A DNA stretch of 64,000 bases, from IMG/VR virus record IMGVR_UViG_3300036984_000039, positions 1-64,000 of that record. The stretch is one strand, 5' to 3'. Positions 8,976-18,349 of this stretch are shown piece by piece; the first letter of the stretch is position 1, and every line of letters begins with the position of its first letter. The DNA comes from a virus. Lineage: Duplodnaviria; Caudoviricetes. The notes beneath the pieces were generated by a model, which saw only the letters and a list, made by a program, of their open reading frames with translations, did no database searches and had not been told where the DNA came from. Both the position numbers and the translations under genes were made by a program.

Positions 8976-11900
8976 ATGTTAGCGTATGTTTCATCATCAA
9001 GCGCGGTGCAAGAGAGCACTGCCAACTCGCTGACGGTCACCGCGCCGGCCAGCATCCAGAACAATGATATTCTGATCGGGATGCTGCGCGTGTACACCGC
9101 GGACGGCAGCGCCAGTGGCACGTTGCCCGCGGGCTGGACGCAGATTACAACAGCCGCACCGAATACCTATCGCTACTACATCGTCGGTTGGAAGCGGGCG
9201 GCCAGCGAAAGCGGCAACTATGCCTTTGGCATGGCGAGCGACAGCATCGGCATCGCGACGATTTCGGTGTTTCGGGGCGGTAAGTTGTCGGGGTCGGTGG
9301 TAGACGTCTACTCAAATACCGCCTACATCACCGATAATACGACGATGCGCGCGGCGCAAGTCACCACGACCGTTGACAATGCCATGCTGTGGGCGGTCGG
9401 CTGCTCGGCGGACGGCCCAACATCGACAACGCCACCGGGCGACATGACGGAGAGCGCCGATCTGTACTCCGCCACTAATGCGCAAGCCATTGCCGCGGCC
9501 TATGTATTGCAGGCGTCGGCGGGCGCATCGGGCAACAAGGATTTCACGCTCTCGACCAGCAATACCAATAAACACGCGTTCCTGATCGCCCTGTTGCCTG
9601 AGTCGCCTTCGGCTAGCCGGTCACCGTCAAGCTCAATCTCGCCATCGCAATCGCCGAGCCAGTCACCCTCACGGTCACCAAGTCAGTCACCAAGCCGGTC
9701 GCCCTCCCAGTCGCCGTCGCAATCGCCGAGCCAGTCGCCGTCGAGCTCAATTTCACCGTCGCGGTCGCCGTCGCAATCGCCGAGCCAGTCGCCGTCAAGC
9801 TCGATTTCACCATCCCAGTCACCATCCCAGTCGCCTAGTCGGTCGCCGTCGCAGTCGCCGTCGCAGTCGCCGAGTGTTTCACCTTCGACGTCGGTCAGTC
9901 CGAGCGAGTCGCCCAGTGTTTCTCCGTCAGCGAGTGCGTCACCATCTGCAGTGCAATCGTCTTCCGTTTCGCCCTCGCAGTCACCGAGCCAGTCGCCGTC
10001 AGCGAGCGAGTCGCCATCCGAGTCGCCAAGCATTAGCCCTTCGGCGTCGATGTCTCCGTCGATGTCGCCGAGCGAGTCGCCCAGCGTTAGCCCTTCGGCG
10101 TCGATGTCTCCGTCGATGTCGCCGTCGCAGTCGCCGTCGCAGTCGCCCAGCGTCAGCCCTTCAGCGTCGGTGTCACCATCCCAGTCGCCGAGCCGCAGTC
10201 CGTCCAGTTCCGTTTCGCCGTCACAATCGCCCAGCCAGTCGCCGTCGCAGTCACCATCGCAGTCGCCCAGCCGCAGCCCGTCAAGCTCAATTTCGCCCAG
10301 CCGCAGCCCCTCTGGTAGCCGCAGCCCCTCTGGTAGCCGCAGCCCTTCGGCGTCGGTATCGCCATCGATAGCCGTAGAGGTTCAGGCGCTCACGTTCTCG
10401 CTGACCGTCGCCGGTACGGAGCGCATTACGCTATTGCAGCAGGGGAGTTTTCAATGGGTGGATGTGGCTGGCAGCCAGGTGGACACACTGCGTTTCACCA
10501 TTGATGATGTGACGAACAGTTTCACGGCGGTGGAGTGGCAGGAGGTGATCTTTAGGGTAGACAGCGTGGTGGAATTCGGCGGCTATGTCGTCAAAGCGCA
10601 GCCAACGCTGGTGGCCAACGGCAACCATCGCGCCTGGGCGTTGACATGCGAGAGCTACGCGACACGCCTGAAACGCGCGCCACTGATTCGAGACACCTGG
10701 ACAAACACCACGACAAAGGCGATCATCGCGGCGGCTTTCACCGCAGCGGGCTTGACGGAATTCAACGTCAGCACCTATGTGGCGACTGGCCCGACGCTGA
10801 CAACGTACACGGCTAACGGCGAAAGACTTGACAGCCTACTGGATCGTCTAAAGGCGCTGGCATCCGAGGATGCTGGCACGGATTGGGAGTGGCAAATTCG
10901 GGCGGATAAAAGGCTCTATTTCCGGGCGGCCAGCGCCGATGTCGCACCATTCGGACTGGCGATGGCGACGACCGCCGACTGGGTGAACGATTTTCCGGTA
11001 CTTACCCTGCCCACGCTGAACCGGGATGCCAGCCTGATCTACAATCGCATCACGGTGCGCGGTGGCACAGCACCCTCGGCGGAGATCACGGACACGTTCA
11101 CCGGCAACGGCAGCACGGTGTTGTTCACTTTGACCACGCAGCCGATCCGGGACATCGTGCGCATCACCGTCGCGGGCACGCTGAAAAGCCACGGCGTAGA
11201 CTGGTATGACAGTTTTGGCGGCAGTTATGATGTGCTAGTCAACTACACCGCAGGTACGATCCGCTTCCCGGATGCCAGCCCACCGGCTGGCGGTGCGGCG
11301 CTGGTCGTGGTCTATCGCAACGACACGGCCGTGGTAGCCACGGCGCAAAGCAACGCCAGTTACACGCAGTACGGCAATTTGTGGTTCGACAAAGAGGTTT
11401 CGGATACCAGCATCACGGCGCTGGCGGATGCGCAGAATTTGGCGGATGCGCTGCTAGAGCAGTATGCGCTCGGCAGCGTTTCTGGCACAGCCACGGTAGA
11501 GCGGTTCGGCATCCGGGCGGGACAACAAGTCGCGGTGGACTTTGCGACATTGGGCCTGGTGGGTGACTACCCGGTGCGCAAGGTGACGATGAGCCTGACG
11601 CCCGGCGAACTAGGCATCAGCGCCACGGTCAATTTCGGCGGACAAAGCGATAGTCTGTCGGCGGCAGTGGACGGCGACGGCGAGGCGGCAGCAAGTGCGC
11701 CGATAGTGCAGGGCGAGGTGGGCATCGTGCGGGTGCGCAATCGCATGGAGTTGATTGATCCGACGACGCACTTTACCTCAGCAGGCGACTACGGCAACGC
11801 CACGGGCTGGGTAGGGTTGTATGATCCGGCGACGCGCACGGGCAAATGGTTGGGCCTGAACAGCGGGGCGCTGCAAGCGTATCTGGATTCGGACGGCAAA

Positions 11901-14600
11901 ATCAAGGCGAGCGGCGTGACCATCGACGCCACCGGCATCACAGTGACGCAGGGCAGCATCACGGCCGGCGCGTTGGCGATCACGGCGGGCGGGCCTAATC
12001 TGCTGCTCAACAGCACCATGCAGGTAGACGCCGACGCGGATGGTACGGCCGACGCCTGGGCGGCTTACAACGCCTCGGCCGGACTCCAGCCGACGACGCT
12101 CACCGTGCCGCTCACTGGTGGCGTGGACAACCGGGCTTATCAACGCATTGTGTGGGCGGTCAATAATACCACGGTGAAGGGCCTCTACACGACGACGGGA
12201 GTAGCTGGCGGCGTGCAGGGCGGCTGGCGAGCGAGCGGCACCTACAGTGTCTCCTGGTACGCCAAAGGGTCGGCGGGGTTGGTCGGCACGAGCATGGCCT
12301 GCTACTGGACTACGGCGCCGGCAACGACAACCTGGTTGGCGCAGCCGGCGCTGACCACTGGCTGGCAACGGTATGTGGCGCGCATCGTCTGGGGCGGGTC
12401 AGTCGAGGCGCTGGGCGGGCTGTATATTTCGATCACCAGCGGGGCAGCGGTCAAGGGCACATTGGACATCGATCACGTGCAGGTCGAGGAGGCCGACACG
12501 CCCAGCGGCTGGAAGCCATTCCCGTCCGAGTTAGAGCCGGGCAGTATCACCGCTGACCTAATCTCCGTGACGAGTCTGGCGGCCATCAACGCGGATATGG
12601 GCAGCATCACCGCCGGGCAGATCGTGGTCGGTTCCGCCAATAAGCTGTGGCTCAACGACGCCGCGGATGGGGCGTTGAACATCGGCGGCGGTACCAAAGC
12701 CTCGGCGCCGTTCCGAGTGACGGCGGCGGGCGCGCTGACGGCGACGGGCGTGACGATCACGGGGGCCCTGACGCCGGGCGTGGGCAGCGTCTTGGACGGC
12801 ACATATTTGTCGCCAGGCACGGTGGCCGCGGCGAAGTTGATCGTCACGGCGGGCGGTGCCAACCTGCTGCTCAATAGCACCATGCAGATCGACCTCGCTA
12901 ATGATGGCATCCCGGACACGTGGATTGTCTACTCCGCCAGCGAAACCGGCGTGCTGGCGCAGATTGACACGGGCGGCGTGGACAACCGGGCCTTTGCGCG
13001 CGTCAGTTGGGCAGGGACGAACACGGGCGTCAAGGGCATTACATCGGGCTTAGATACAACCGTGGGCGGTGTGCAGGGTGGCTGGCTTGCCAACACGACT
13101 TACATTGTGTCGTTTTGGGCGAAAACTTCCGGCATGGGCGGCGCACCAGAATTGCCGAGCCTGACCTGGAATACCGCGCCGGCTACGACAACCTGGATCG
13201 CGCAGCCGGTCATCAGCGCGACGTGGCAACGCTATGTGGCGCGCATCGCCTGGGGCGCGAGCGTCGAACCCAATGGCCGCGTTTACATCTACATATATGG
13301 CGCTATTACGGGATCATGGGACATCGATCACGTGCAGGTCGAGCAGGCGGATACGCCCAGCGCATGGAAGCCGTATCCGTCCGAGTTGGAGCCGGGCAGC
13401 GTCACCGCCGACAAAATCTATGTGGCGAGCCTGGCGGCGCTTGTGGTGGACACCGGCGCGCTGAATATGAGCGGCTTCCTGACCATCGGCGTGGCGGGCG
13501 GCATCTACCAGGGCACGGGCACGGCGGCCAGTCCGACGACGGGGCTGAAGCTCTGGAATGACGGCGGGGTGGGGCGCATCGCTGGCTACAATGCGACGGT
13601 AGAGCAGGCCGGCTTCGGCACGGACGGCAAGCTGTATGCGGGCGCGGGCAAGGTCACTATCGACGCGAGTGGTGTGCGCACGATAGCTTCTACAGAGACG
13701 GATGATTACGATGGGCCAAGAGCTTTCACAATCACGACAAGCACGGGCGCGCCATTATTCCATATGCGTTCCTATGTATCTGAGACCTCGACATCTAGCC
13801 GACTAACCCAAGACCCTGTCAATGGACTAGAAAGCAACCTATTCATCAGCACCACCTCACCGAGCACCTACGGGGCAAATATTTATCTACAAGCTGGCAC
13901 GGCAACGGCTGGAACCTCAGCACTCTTACGAATCGCGGGCGGGGCTGCCCCATATATTCGGGCTTACCATCCATTCGTGGTTTCAGCCATCCGCCCCACG
14001 TCCGACAGCACCACGGCCCTGCAACTCGGCAACGCGGCGGGCACGGCGATTGTCACCGTGGACACCACCAACGCGCGGCTGGGCATCGGTGCCACGCCGG
14101 GCGAAATGCTGCACGTGTCGGGCGCGGCGGCCAGCGGCGGCACGATCACGGTGCGCATCGAAAACACGTCTGGGGCTGGCACCACCGCCAGCCCGAATTA
14201 TATCCGGTTGCTCTACACCGGCTATACCGGCTATCAGAAAGCCGCGATTCGCACGACGGAAGAAAGCGCCAGCCGCTACGAAAGCATCATGACATTTCTG
14301 GTCAACGCGGGCGCGAGCAGCACCGATCTGCAAGAGCGGCTGCGCATTGATCCGACTGAGGTAGTTGTCAACGAGGGCGCGGCCAACGTCGATTTCCGGG
14401 CCGAGACTGACAGCGGCTACAATGGCCTCTTTGTGGACGCCTCCAATGACGCCGTCAATATCATGCATCACGGCAGCGGGAAAGTCGGTTTTTACGGCGC
14501 GACACCGATCACGTGTGCAGTGCTGGCAACCGGCGCAAGCGCGACGGTGGACAACGTGATCAGCGCGCTGCAAGCCCTTGGGCTGGTCAAACAGAGCTAG
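8976..14600 (+). CDS. Large tail/host-recognition protein: N-terminal beta domain, Ser/Pro linker, hub-like region, two carbohydrate-binding-like repeats, fibre C-terminus
   Basis: 1874 aa, Thr/Gly/Ala rich. Duplicated NLLLNSTMQ...DIDHVQVE..DTPS.WKP modules and GSITAD fibre repeats. Follows the tape measure gene. Confidence 0.85.
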   Translation: MLAYVSSSSAVQESTANSLTVTAPASIQNNDILIGMLRVYTADGSASGTLPAGWTQITTAAPNTYRYYIVGWKRAASESGNYAFGMASDSIGIATISVFRGGKLSGSVVDVYSNTAYITDNTTMRAAQVTTTVDNAMLWAVGCSADGPTSTTPPGDMTESADLYSATNAQAIAAAYVLQASAGASGNKDFTLSTSNTNKHAFLIALLPESPSASRSPSSSISPSQSPSQSPSRSPSQSPSRSPSQSPSQSPSQSPSSSISPSRSPSQSPSQSPSSSISPSQSPSQSPSRSPSQSPSQSPSVSPSTSVSPSESPSVSPSASASPSAVQSSSVSPSQSPSQSPSASESPSESPSISPSASMSPSMSPSESPSVSPSASMSPSMSPSQSPSQSPSVSPSASVSPSQSPSRSPSSSVSPSQSPSQSPSQSPSQSPSRSPSSSISPSRSPSGSRSPSGSRSPSASVSPSIAVEVQALTFSLTVAGTERITLLQQGSFQWVDVAGSQVDTLRFTIDDVTNSFTAVEWQEVIFRVDSVVEFGGYVVKAQPTLVANGNHRAWALTCESYATRLKRAPLIRDTWTNTTTKAIIAAAFTAAGLTEFNVSTYVATGPTLTTYTANGERLDSLLDRLKALASEDAGTDWEWQIRADKRLYFRAASADVAPFGLAMATTADWVNDFPVLTLPTLNRDASLIYNRITVRGGTAPSAEITDTFTGNGSTVLFTLTTQPIRDIVRITVAGTLKSHGVDWYDSFGGSYDVLVNYTAGTIRFPDASPPAGGAALVVVYRNDTAVVATAQSNASYTQYGNLWFDKEVSDTSITALADAQNLADALLEQYALGSVSGTATVERFGIRAGQQVAVDFATLGLVGDYPVRKVTMSLTPGELGISATVNFGGQSDSLSAAVDGDGEAAASAPIVQGEVGIVRVRNRMELIDPTTHFTSAGDYGNATGWVGLYDPATRTGKWLGLNSGALQAYLDSDGKIKASGVTIDATGITVTQGSITAGALAITAGGPNLLLNSTMQVDADADGTADAWAAYNASAGLQPTTLTVPLTGGVDNRAYQRIVWAVNNTTVKGLYTTTGVAGGVQGGWRASGTYSVSWYAKGSAGLVGTSMACYWTTAPATTTWLAQPALTTGWQRYVARIVWGGSVEALGGLYISITSGAAVKGTLDIDHVQVEEADTPSGWKPFPSELEPGSITADLISVTSLAAINADMGSITAGQIVVGSANKLWLNDAADGALNIGGGTKASAPFRVTAAGALTATGVTITGALTPGVGSVLDGTYLSPGTVAAAKLIVTAGGANLLLNSTMQIDLANDGIPDTWIVYSASETGVLAQIDTGGVDNRAFARVSWAGTNTGVKGITSGLDTTVGGVQGGWLANTTYIVSFWAKTSGMGGAPELPSLTWNTAPATTTWIAQPVISATWQRYVARIAWGASVEPNGRVYIYIYGAITGSWDIDHVQVEQADTPSAWKPYPSELEPGSVTADKIYVASLAALVVDTGALNMSGFLTIGVAGGIYQGTGTAASPTTGLKLWNDGGVGRIAGYNATVEQAGFGTDGKLYAGAGKVTIDASGVRTIASTETDDYDGPRAFTITTSTGAPLFHMRSYVSETSTSSRLTQDPVNGLESNLFISTTSPSTYGANIYLQAGTATAGTSALLRIAGGAAPYIRAYHPFVVSAIRPTSDSTTALQLGNAAGTAIVTVDTTNARLGIGATPGEMLHVSGAAASGGTITVRIENTSGAGTTASPNYIRLLYTGYTGYQKAAIRTTEESASRYESIMTFLVNAGASSTDLQERLRIDPTEVVVNEGAANVDFRAETDSGYNGLFVDASNDAVNIMHHGSGKVGFYGATPITCAVLATGASATVDNVISALQALGLVKQS
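9603..10367 (+). repeat. Low-complexity (SPSx)n coding repeat, ~255 aa
   Basis: SPSQ/SPSR/SPSV/SPSA tetrapeptide reiteration with varied synonymous codons. Confidence 0.95.
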
Positions 14601-14608
14601 GAGCAATC

Positions 14609-14791
14609 ATGACCTTTACCATCACGATCAAGATCGTCAATGACGCCCTCGCTGGCGTCGAATTCGGCGACAATGCGCAGCCGGTCAGCATCGGCGCGGC
14701 GCTACAGGCGCTTGACGCGGCACGCGCCGCACTGCTCAACGTGCCGATTGCACAGCCACAGCAGGCAGCGCCGCCAGCAGTACAGCCGTGA
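14609..14791 (+). CDS. Small hypothetical tail-associated protein
   Basis: AGGAG RBS immediately after the tail gene stop. Confidence 0.6.
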   Translation: MTFTITIKIVNDALAGVEFGDNAQPVSIGAALQALDAARAALLNVPIAQPQQAAPPAVQP

Positions 14792-15012
14792 GTCTGGCGG
14801 ACTGGACGGGCGCGGGCGTGGGCGAGGGCGTGACGCTGACAAACCTTTACGCACGCGAGGCGCCAGACACGTCCGCACCGGCTATCACGCTGTGGGAAAC
14901 AGGTATCACACTGCTGCTGTGGCATGTGCACGATAACTGGCTGTTCGTTAGCGACCTGCCCTGCGCGATATTCGGGTGGAGCAGTGGGGCCTACATCAGG
15001 AGGACGTTGTGA
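14788..15012 (+). CDS. Small protein, possibly SH3-like
   Basis: GTGA overlaps at both ends; NLYAREAP...W...GWSSGAYI pattern resembles bacterial SH3. Confidence 0.45.
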   Translation: MSLADWTGAGVGEGVTLTNLYAREAPDTSAPAITLWETGITLLLWHVHDNWLFVSDLPCAIFGWSSGAYIRRTL

Positions 15013-15668
15013 CACTACATAAGGGGCAATGGATCGACGCGCTGAATGCGCAAATCATCCCGTTTGAATTACGACCGGACGCGGCGCGTTGGAAGAACGA
15101 TGGTATACACTACCGTATCGTGGAAGCCTTCAACTTTCGCGACGGACGATGGGACTTGGAGAATCAGGGCGAGCGCGGCTGCATTGATCCGTGGGCGTCG
15201 GCGGAATGGCACATGGGCAGCACCATCGAAGGCAGCGGCGGAGCGACACACTTCTTTCTGGTGGCGCTAGATAAGGACGGTAAGCGCATCCCCGACAAGG
15301 GCATGTGGTTCTTCGATCAACCCATGACGCCCGACTTCGTGCCGATCAACACCAAGAACGCCAAACAGGACGGCACGGAAAACATCCCGCTGAATGGCAA
15401 CTCCTACGTCCCGGAACGCGACGAACAGGGCGCATGGCGCGGCTGTCTGTTTGGACGCTCGGACGTATTTCAGGGCGCGGGACTACCTGCCAACGAGCAC
15501 ACCTCGTGGGTGATTGTGTTTCAGGAAACGGTTGAAGAAACACCCGATCCCGATCCTGAGCCGGAAATCGGCGACTACGCCGCGCTTCTGGAACGCATCG
15601 CAGTTGCCAGCGAGCGCACGGCCACGGCCTTCGAGACGCTCATCGCGAAGATTTGGGGGACGCCGTGA
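15009..15668 (+). CDS. Hypothetical protein in the lysis module
   Basis: Translationally coupled ORF with a PDPDPEP linker. Confidence 0.65.
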   Translation: MTLHKGQWIDALNAQIIPFELRPDAARWKNDGIHYRIVEAFNFRDGRWDLENQGERGCIDPWASAEWHMGSTIEGSGGATHFFLVALDKDGKRIPDKGMWFFDQPMTPDFVPINTKNAKQDGTENIPLNGNSYVPERDEQGAWRGCLFGRSDVFQGAGLPANEHTSWVIVFQETVEETPDPDPEPEIGDYAALLERIAVASERTATAFETLIAKIWGTP

Positions 15669-16738
15669 CCACGTCGAAGTTAAGTTATCACTTCCAATTG
15701 TTGGGCGGCGAGGAAGCCAACATCGCCGCGGCGTCGGAGGCCAAGTGGATCAAGGTCATCGATCCACCGAATGATAATCCGTTTCCCGGCAAACAGATCA
15801 TCGGGCGCACCTATGTCGATGACGGCGAGGCGAACGCGATGGTCGCGCTTGGCACGCTCGGCGGGGAACTGTGGTATGCCAAGTGGCGCGACTTCTACAA
15901 GTCCCGGCCCTACGTGACGCTATGGGAAGGCCCGAACGAGCCGCAGCCGATCCACGACGCGGCTTTCCGCAAGCAGTTGGTGGACTTCACGCTCAGATGG
16001 GCGCAACTGATGCACGCCAATAATATGAAAATATTGGCGCTGTGTCTCTCGGTCGGTTGCCCGGACATCCCGGAGTTTCCCGACTTCCTGCCGCTGATCG
16101 GCCACGTGGACGCTATCGCCAACCACGAGTACAGCGCGCCCGCCATGTGGGACGGCCAAAGTTGGTACTGCCTGCGTTACCGGCGCTTCTTCGAGATCAT
16201 CCGCGCCGCGGGTAAGGTCGTGCCACCGTGGTTCATCACCGAGGCTGGCATCGACGGCGGGGTGCTCGACCCGCCACGCACGAAGACCGGCTGGAAGACC
16301 TTCACGACGCCAGCAGGGTACCTGGCGCAATTGGCATGGTACGACGCGGAACTGCGCAAAGACCCGGAGATCGTGGCGGCGACCGTGTTCACGTCACGCC
16401 CGAATGCTGACTGGCAGGACTTCAACGTAGACCCGGACATTTCGCGCCGTATCGCGGCGCACCTGGCGGCCACGCAGGACAACCCACCGACCGACACCCT
16501 GGCGACGCGGCTGCGCCTGGCCGCGGAAGCCAATGACGTGCTACAGGTCAACCCGACCGCGGCGTTGTGCAAGGCCGGGGCCGCGCGCAACCTGTGGCCG
16601 ACCAGCAACGAATTCAGCGTCGTCTTCGGCGGAAGCACGTACATCGCGCAGCGGTTTCGCGATCCGCGCTCCAACGCCGTGACGGTGCTGTACTGCCTGC
16701 TCGGTCAATGGGACGTGGTGCGAGAGATCAACTACTAA
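15665..16738 (+). CDS. Clan GH-A-like glycoside hydrolase, putative lysin
   Basis: GPNEP acid/base, NHEY and FITEAG nucleophile motifs; adjacent to a holin-like gene. Confidence 0.65.
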   Translation: MTTSKLSYHFQLLGGEEANIAAASEAKWIKVIDPPNDNPFPGKQIIGRTYVDDGEANAMVALGTLGGELWYAKWRDFYKSRPYVTLWEGPNEPQPIHDAAFRKQLVDFTLRWAQLMHANNMKILALCLSVGCPDIPEFPDFLPLIGHVDAIANHEYSAPAMWDGQSWYCLRYRRFFEIIRAAGKVVPPWFITEAGIDGGVLDPPRTKTGWKTFTTPAGYLAQLAWYDAELRKDPEIVAATVFTSRPNADWQDFNVDPDISRRIAAHLAATQDNPPTDTLATRLRLAAEANDVLQVNPTAALCKAGAARNLWPTSNEFSVVFGGSTYIAQRFRDPRSNAVTVLYCLLGQWDVVREINY

Positions 16739-16814
16739 GCGCCGATGAGCGGGCGCGACGCGCGGCTGCCTCAAGACGCCTGGGGCACGCTTTGGGCAAC
16801 CTTTGGAGGCGACT

Positions 16815-16952
16815 ATGCAACGGTTCAATTCTGTTGGTTCGATCCTGGCGATCATCTTGCTGATCCTCGCCATCGTCCTGGCAGTCATCGGGAAGTTGCC
16901 GATGCTGGAAGCGGTGTTATTCATCCTGGCGGCGCTTGGCATCCTACTCTAA
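16815..16952 (+). CDS. Holin-like membrane protein (45 aa, two TM segments)
   Basis: Not in the ORF track. GGAGG RBS; MQRFNSVGSILAIILLILAIVLAVIGKLPMLEAVLFILAALGILL. Confidence 0.65.
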   Translation: MQRFNSVGSILAIILLILAIVLAVIGKLPMLEAVLFILAALGILL

Positions 16953-16995
16953 GCCGTAGCGGCCAGAATGATAATATCAAATTAGGAGACAGATC

Positions 16996-17202
16996 ATGGG
17001 TACACTTCTGGAACAAATCGCGGCGATAGTGGCAACGTTGAACGAGGTCAAGGCGCTGTGTGAGACAATTGTCGCAGCGTCAGCGAAGCAGGCAACGGAT
17101 TACGCCGCAGCGGAGGCGGCGCAAGACACGGCGGGAGTTTCATCCTCGGAGATCGTGGCCCTGGCGCAACAGGTGATCGCGAAGATCGGGGCCGTCGCAT
17201 AG
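16996..17202 (+). CDS. Small helical hypothetical protein
   Basis: AGGAG RBS; last gene before the terminator. Confidence 0.65.
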   Translation: MGTLLEQIAAIVATLNEVKALCETIVAASAKQATDYAAAEAAQDTAGVSSSEIVALAQQVIAKIGAVA

Positions 17203-17226
17203 GACGGAATGATAATCTGCCAGCAC

Positions 17227-17260
17227 AAGGCCCGCTGTGGATCGGCGGGTTTTGTGTTTC
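17227..17260 (+). terminator. Rho-independent terminator of the tail/lysis operon
   Basis: GGCCCGCTG-tggat-CGGCGGGTT stem followed by TTGTGTTT. Confidence 0.75.
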
Positions 17261-17434
17261 TACTCAGAATAAGACCGCCCTGCACCGACGCCCTCGAAAG
17301 CGCCGAAGCAGGGCGGCTGTGCGGTACGGGTTGCGACTCGGCCCCAAGCCGTCCAGCCAACCCGCCTTTGCCAAGACCTCAGCCGCCACAAGCCCACCTG
17401 GGCGTCGTAGCGAGCCGCTACGCAACGCTACGCC

Positions 17435-17511
17435 GCGTAACGTGAAATCCTACGTGCTGCGCTCACCAAGCTCCACCGGCGCAGCCGTCACGGTGGAAGC
17501 CGCGGGACAAA
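17435..17511 (-). repeat. Degenerate attC-like site
   Basis: Shares CCACCGGCGCAGCCGTCACGGTGGAAGC with the intact sites. R' is GTTACGC; R'' is lost. Confidence 0.6.
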
Positions 17512-17685
17512 ACCGTCTGACCAATTCCCACGGGCGGCGAGGCACGCGGCCTGCACGCCGCCGCATGGCGCAAAGTCCGCTTGTCCCAGGCCACAGCCGC
17601 ATTCGATCTTGCCATCCTCGACAACGCATAGGCCGTCGTATCCATGTTCTGCTAGATACGCTGCTGCAATTTGAGTTACATCCAT
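17488..17685 (-). CDS. Cassette ORF 3, Cys-rich, 65 aa
   Basis: Starts after GTTAGGC and GAGGA; YLAEHGYDGLC..ECGCG..DFAPC. Confidence 0.7.
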   Translation of the reverse strand: MDVTQIAAAYLAEHGYDGLCVVEDGKIECGCGLGQADFAPCGGVQAACLAARGNWSDGFVPRLPP

Positions 17686-17711
17686 TATCTCACATCCTCG
17701 CCGGTAGTCCG

Positions 17712-17808
17712 GCCTAACGGTTGGGTTCACCTGCGGCTGCGCCGTCGTCAACGTTCGGTGCGGCAAGATCCACCGGCGCAGCCGTCACGGTGGAAGCGAT
17801 GGTTAGAC
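17712..17808 (-). mobile_element. attC recombination site (97 bp)
   Basis: Minus strand: GTCTAAC-5-CTTCCACC...palindrome...GGTGAAC-6-GTTAGGC. Confidence 0.85.
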
Positions 17809-18006
17809 GGGACGGTCCCACTTTTCACCAGGCTTACCTGAGCCAGCACAGGGATGGTGGTCGTGCCCGCTGGCAAGTTGCGGCATGTTTACCCGATACC
17901 CTCCGCGCTTCACGCGGATGAAACCATGACGTACAGCCTTTCCGTTTTTCGTGGCACATACATCGAAACCACAATGCGCGCAGATCACTGTCCCGTATTT
18001 CCCCAT
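17803..18006 (-). CDS. Cassette ORF 2, Zn-finger-like, 67 aa
   Basis: GAGGTG RBS after GTTAGAC; CAHC...H...CAGSG. Stop TAA lies inside the attC R'' box. Confidence 0.75.
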   Translation of the reverse strand: MGKYGTVICAHCGFDVCATKNGKAVRHGFIRVKRGGYRVNMPQLASGHDHHPCAGSGKPGEKWDRPV

Positions 18007-18027
18007 GACTCACCTCGAAGCAGTCCC

Positions 18028-18124
18028 GTCTAACGGTTGGGTTCACCTGCGGCTGCGCCGTCGTCAACGTCCGATGCGGCAGAATCCACCGGCGCAGCCG
18101 TCACGGTGGAAGCCGTTGTTAGAC
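18028..18124 (-). mobile_element. attC recombination site (97 bp)
   Basis: Minus strand: GTCTAAC-aacgg-CTTCCACC...GGTGAAC-ccaacc-GTTAGAC; near-identical to 17712-17808. Confidence 0.85.
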
Positions 18125-18293
18125 GGAGGCTGGTGCAGATACCACTTCGTCCGATGACAATGTGTTTCAGGTTGCAAGCATTCCATCCCCCCTGTGTATC
18201 ACTATGCAGGTTGTTCGCGCAGTCAAGTTCATTGCAGAGCACCTTTACTATCGGTTCCACGTCGAAGGTGACTGATAAATGTCCTGGCCCCAT
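18030..18293 (-). CDS. Cassette ORF 1, Cys-rich; reads through its attC
   Basis: GGAGG RBS after GTTAGAC; C-x4-C-x2-N...C-x6-I...C pattern. Confidence 0.65.
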   Translation of the reverse strand: MGPGHLSVTFDVEPIVKVLCNELDCANNLHSDTQGGWNACNLKHIVIGRSGICTSLRLTTASTVTAAPVDSAASDVDDGAAAGEPNR

Positions 18294-18308
18294 GTTTCCT
18301 CCAAAGCC

Positions 18309-18349
18309 GTCTAACTCCATATAGGCGGAAACTTTCCGCCTAATCGCCC
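18309..18349 (-). repeat. Partial short attC-like site (L''/L'/R' present, R'' absent)
   Basis: Minus strand ATTAGGCG-gaaagtttc-CGCCTAT-atgga-GTTAGAC. Confidence 0.55.

Noticed and set aside
11980-13440. Duplicated tail modules as a DGR template/variable pair
   Set aside because: Differences are not adenine-specific, both copies are in frame, and no reverse transcriptase is in the window.
17435-18349. Repeats read as a CRISPR array or simple terminators
   Set aside because: Units are 97 bp with attC box anatomy, the intervening DNA is whole genes, and there are no U-tracts or cas genes.
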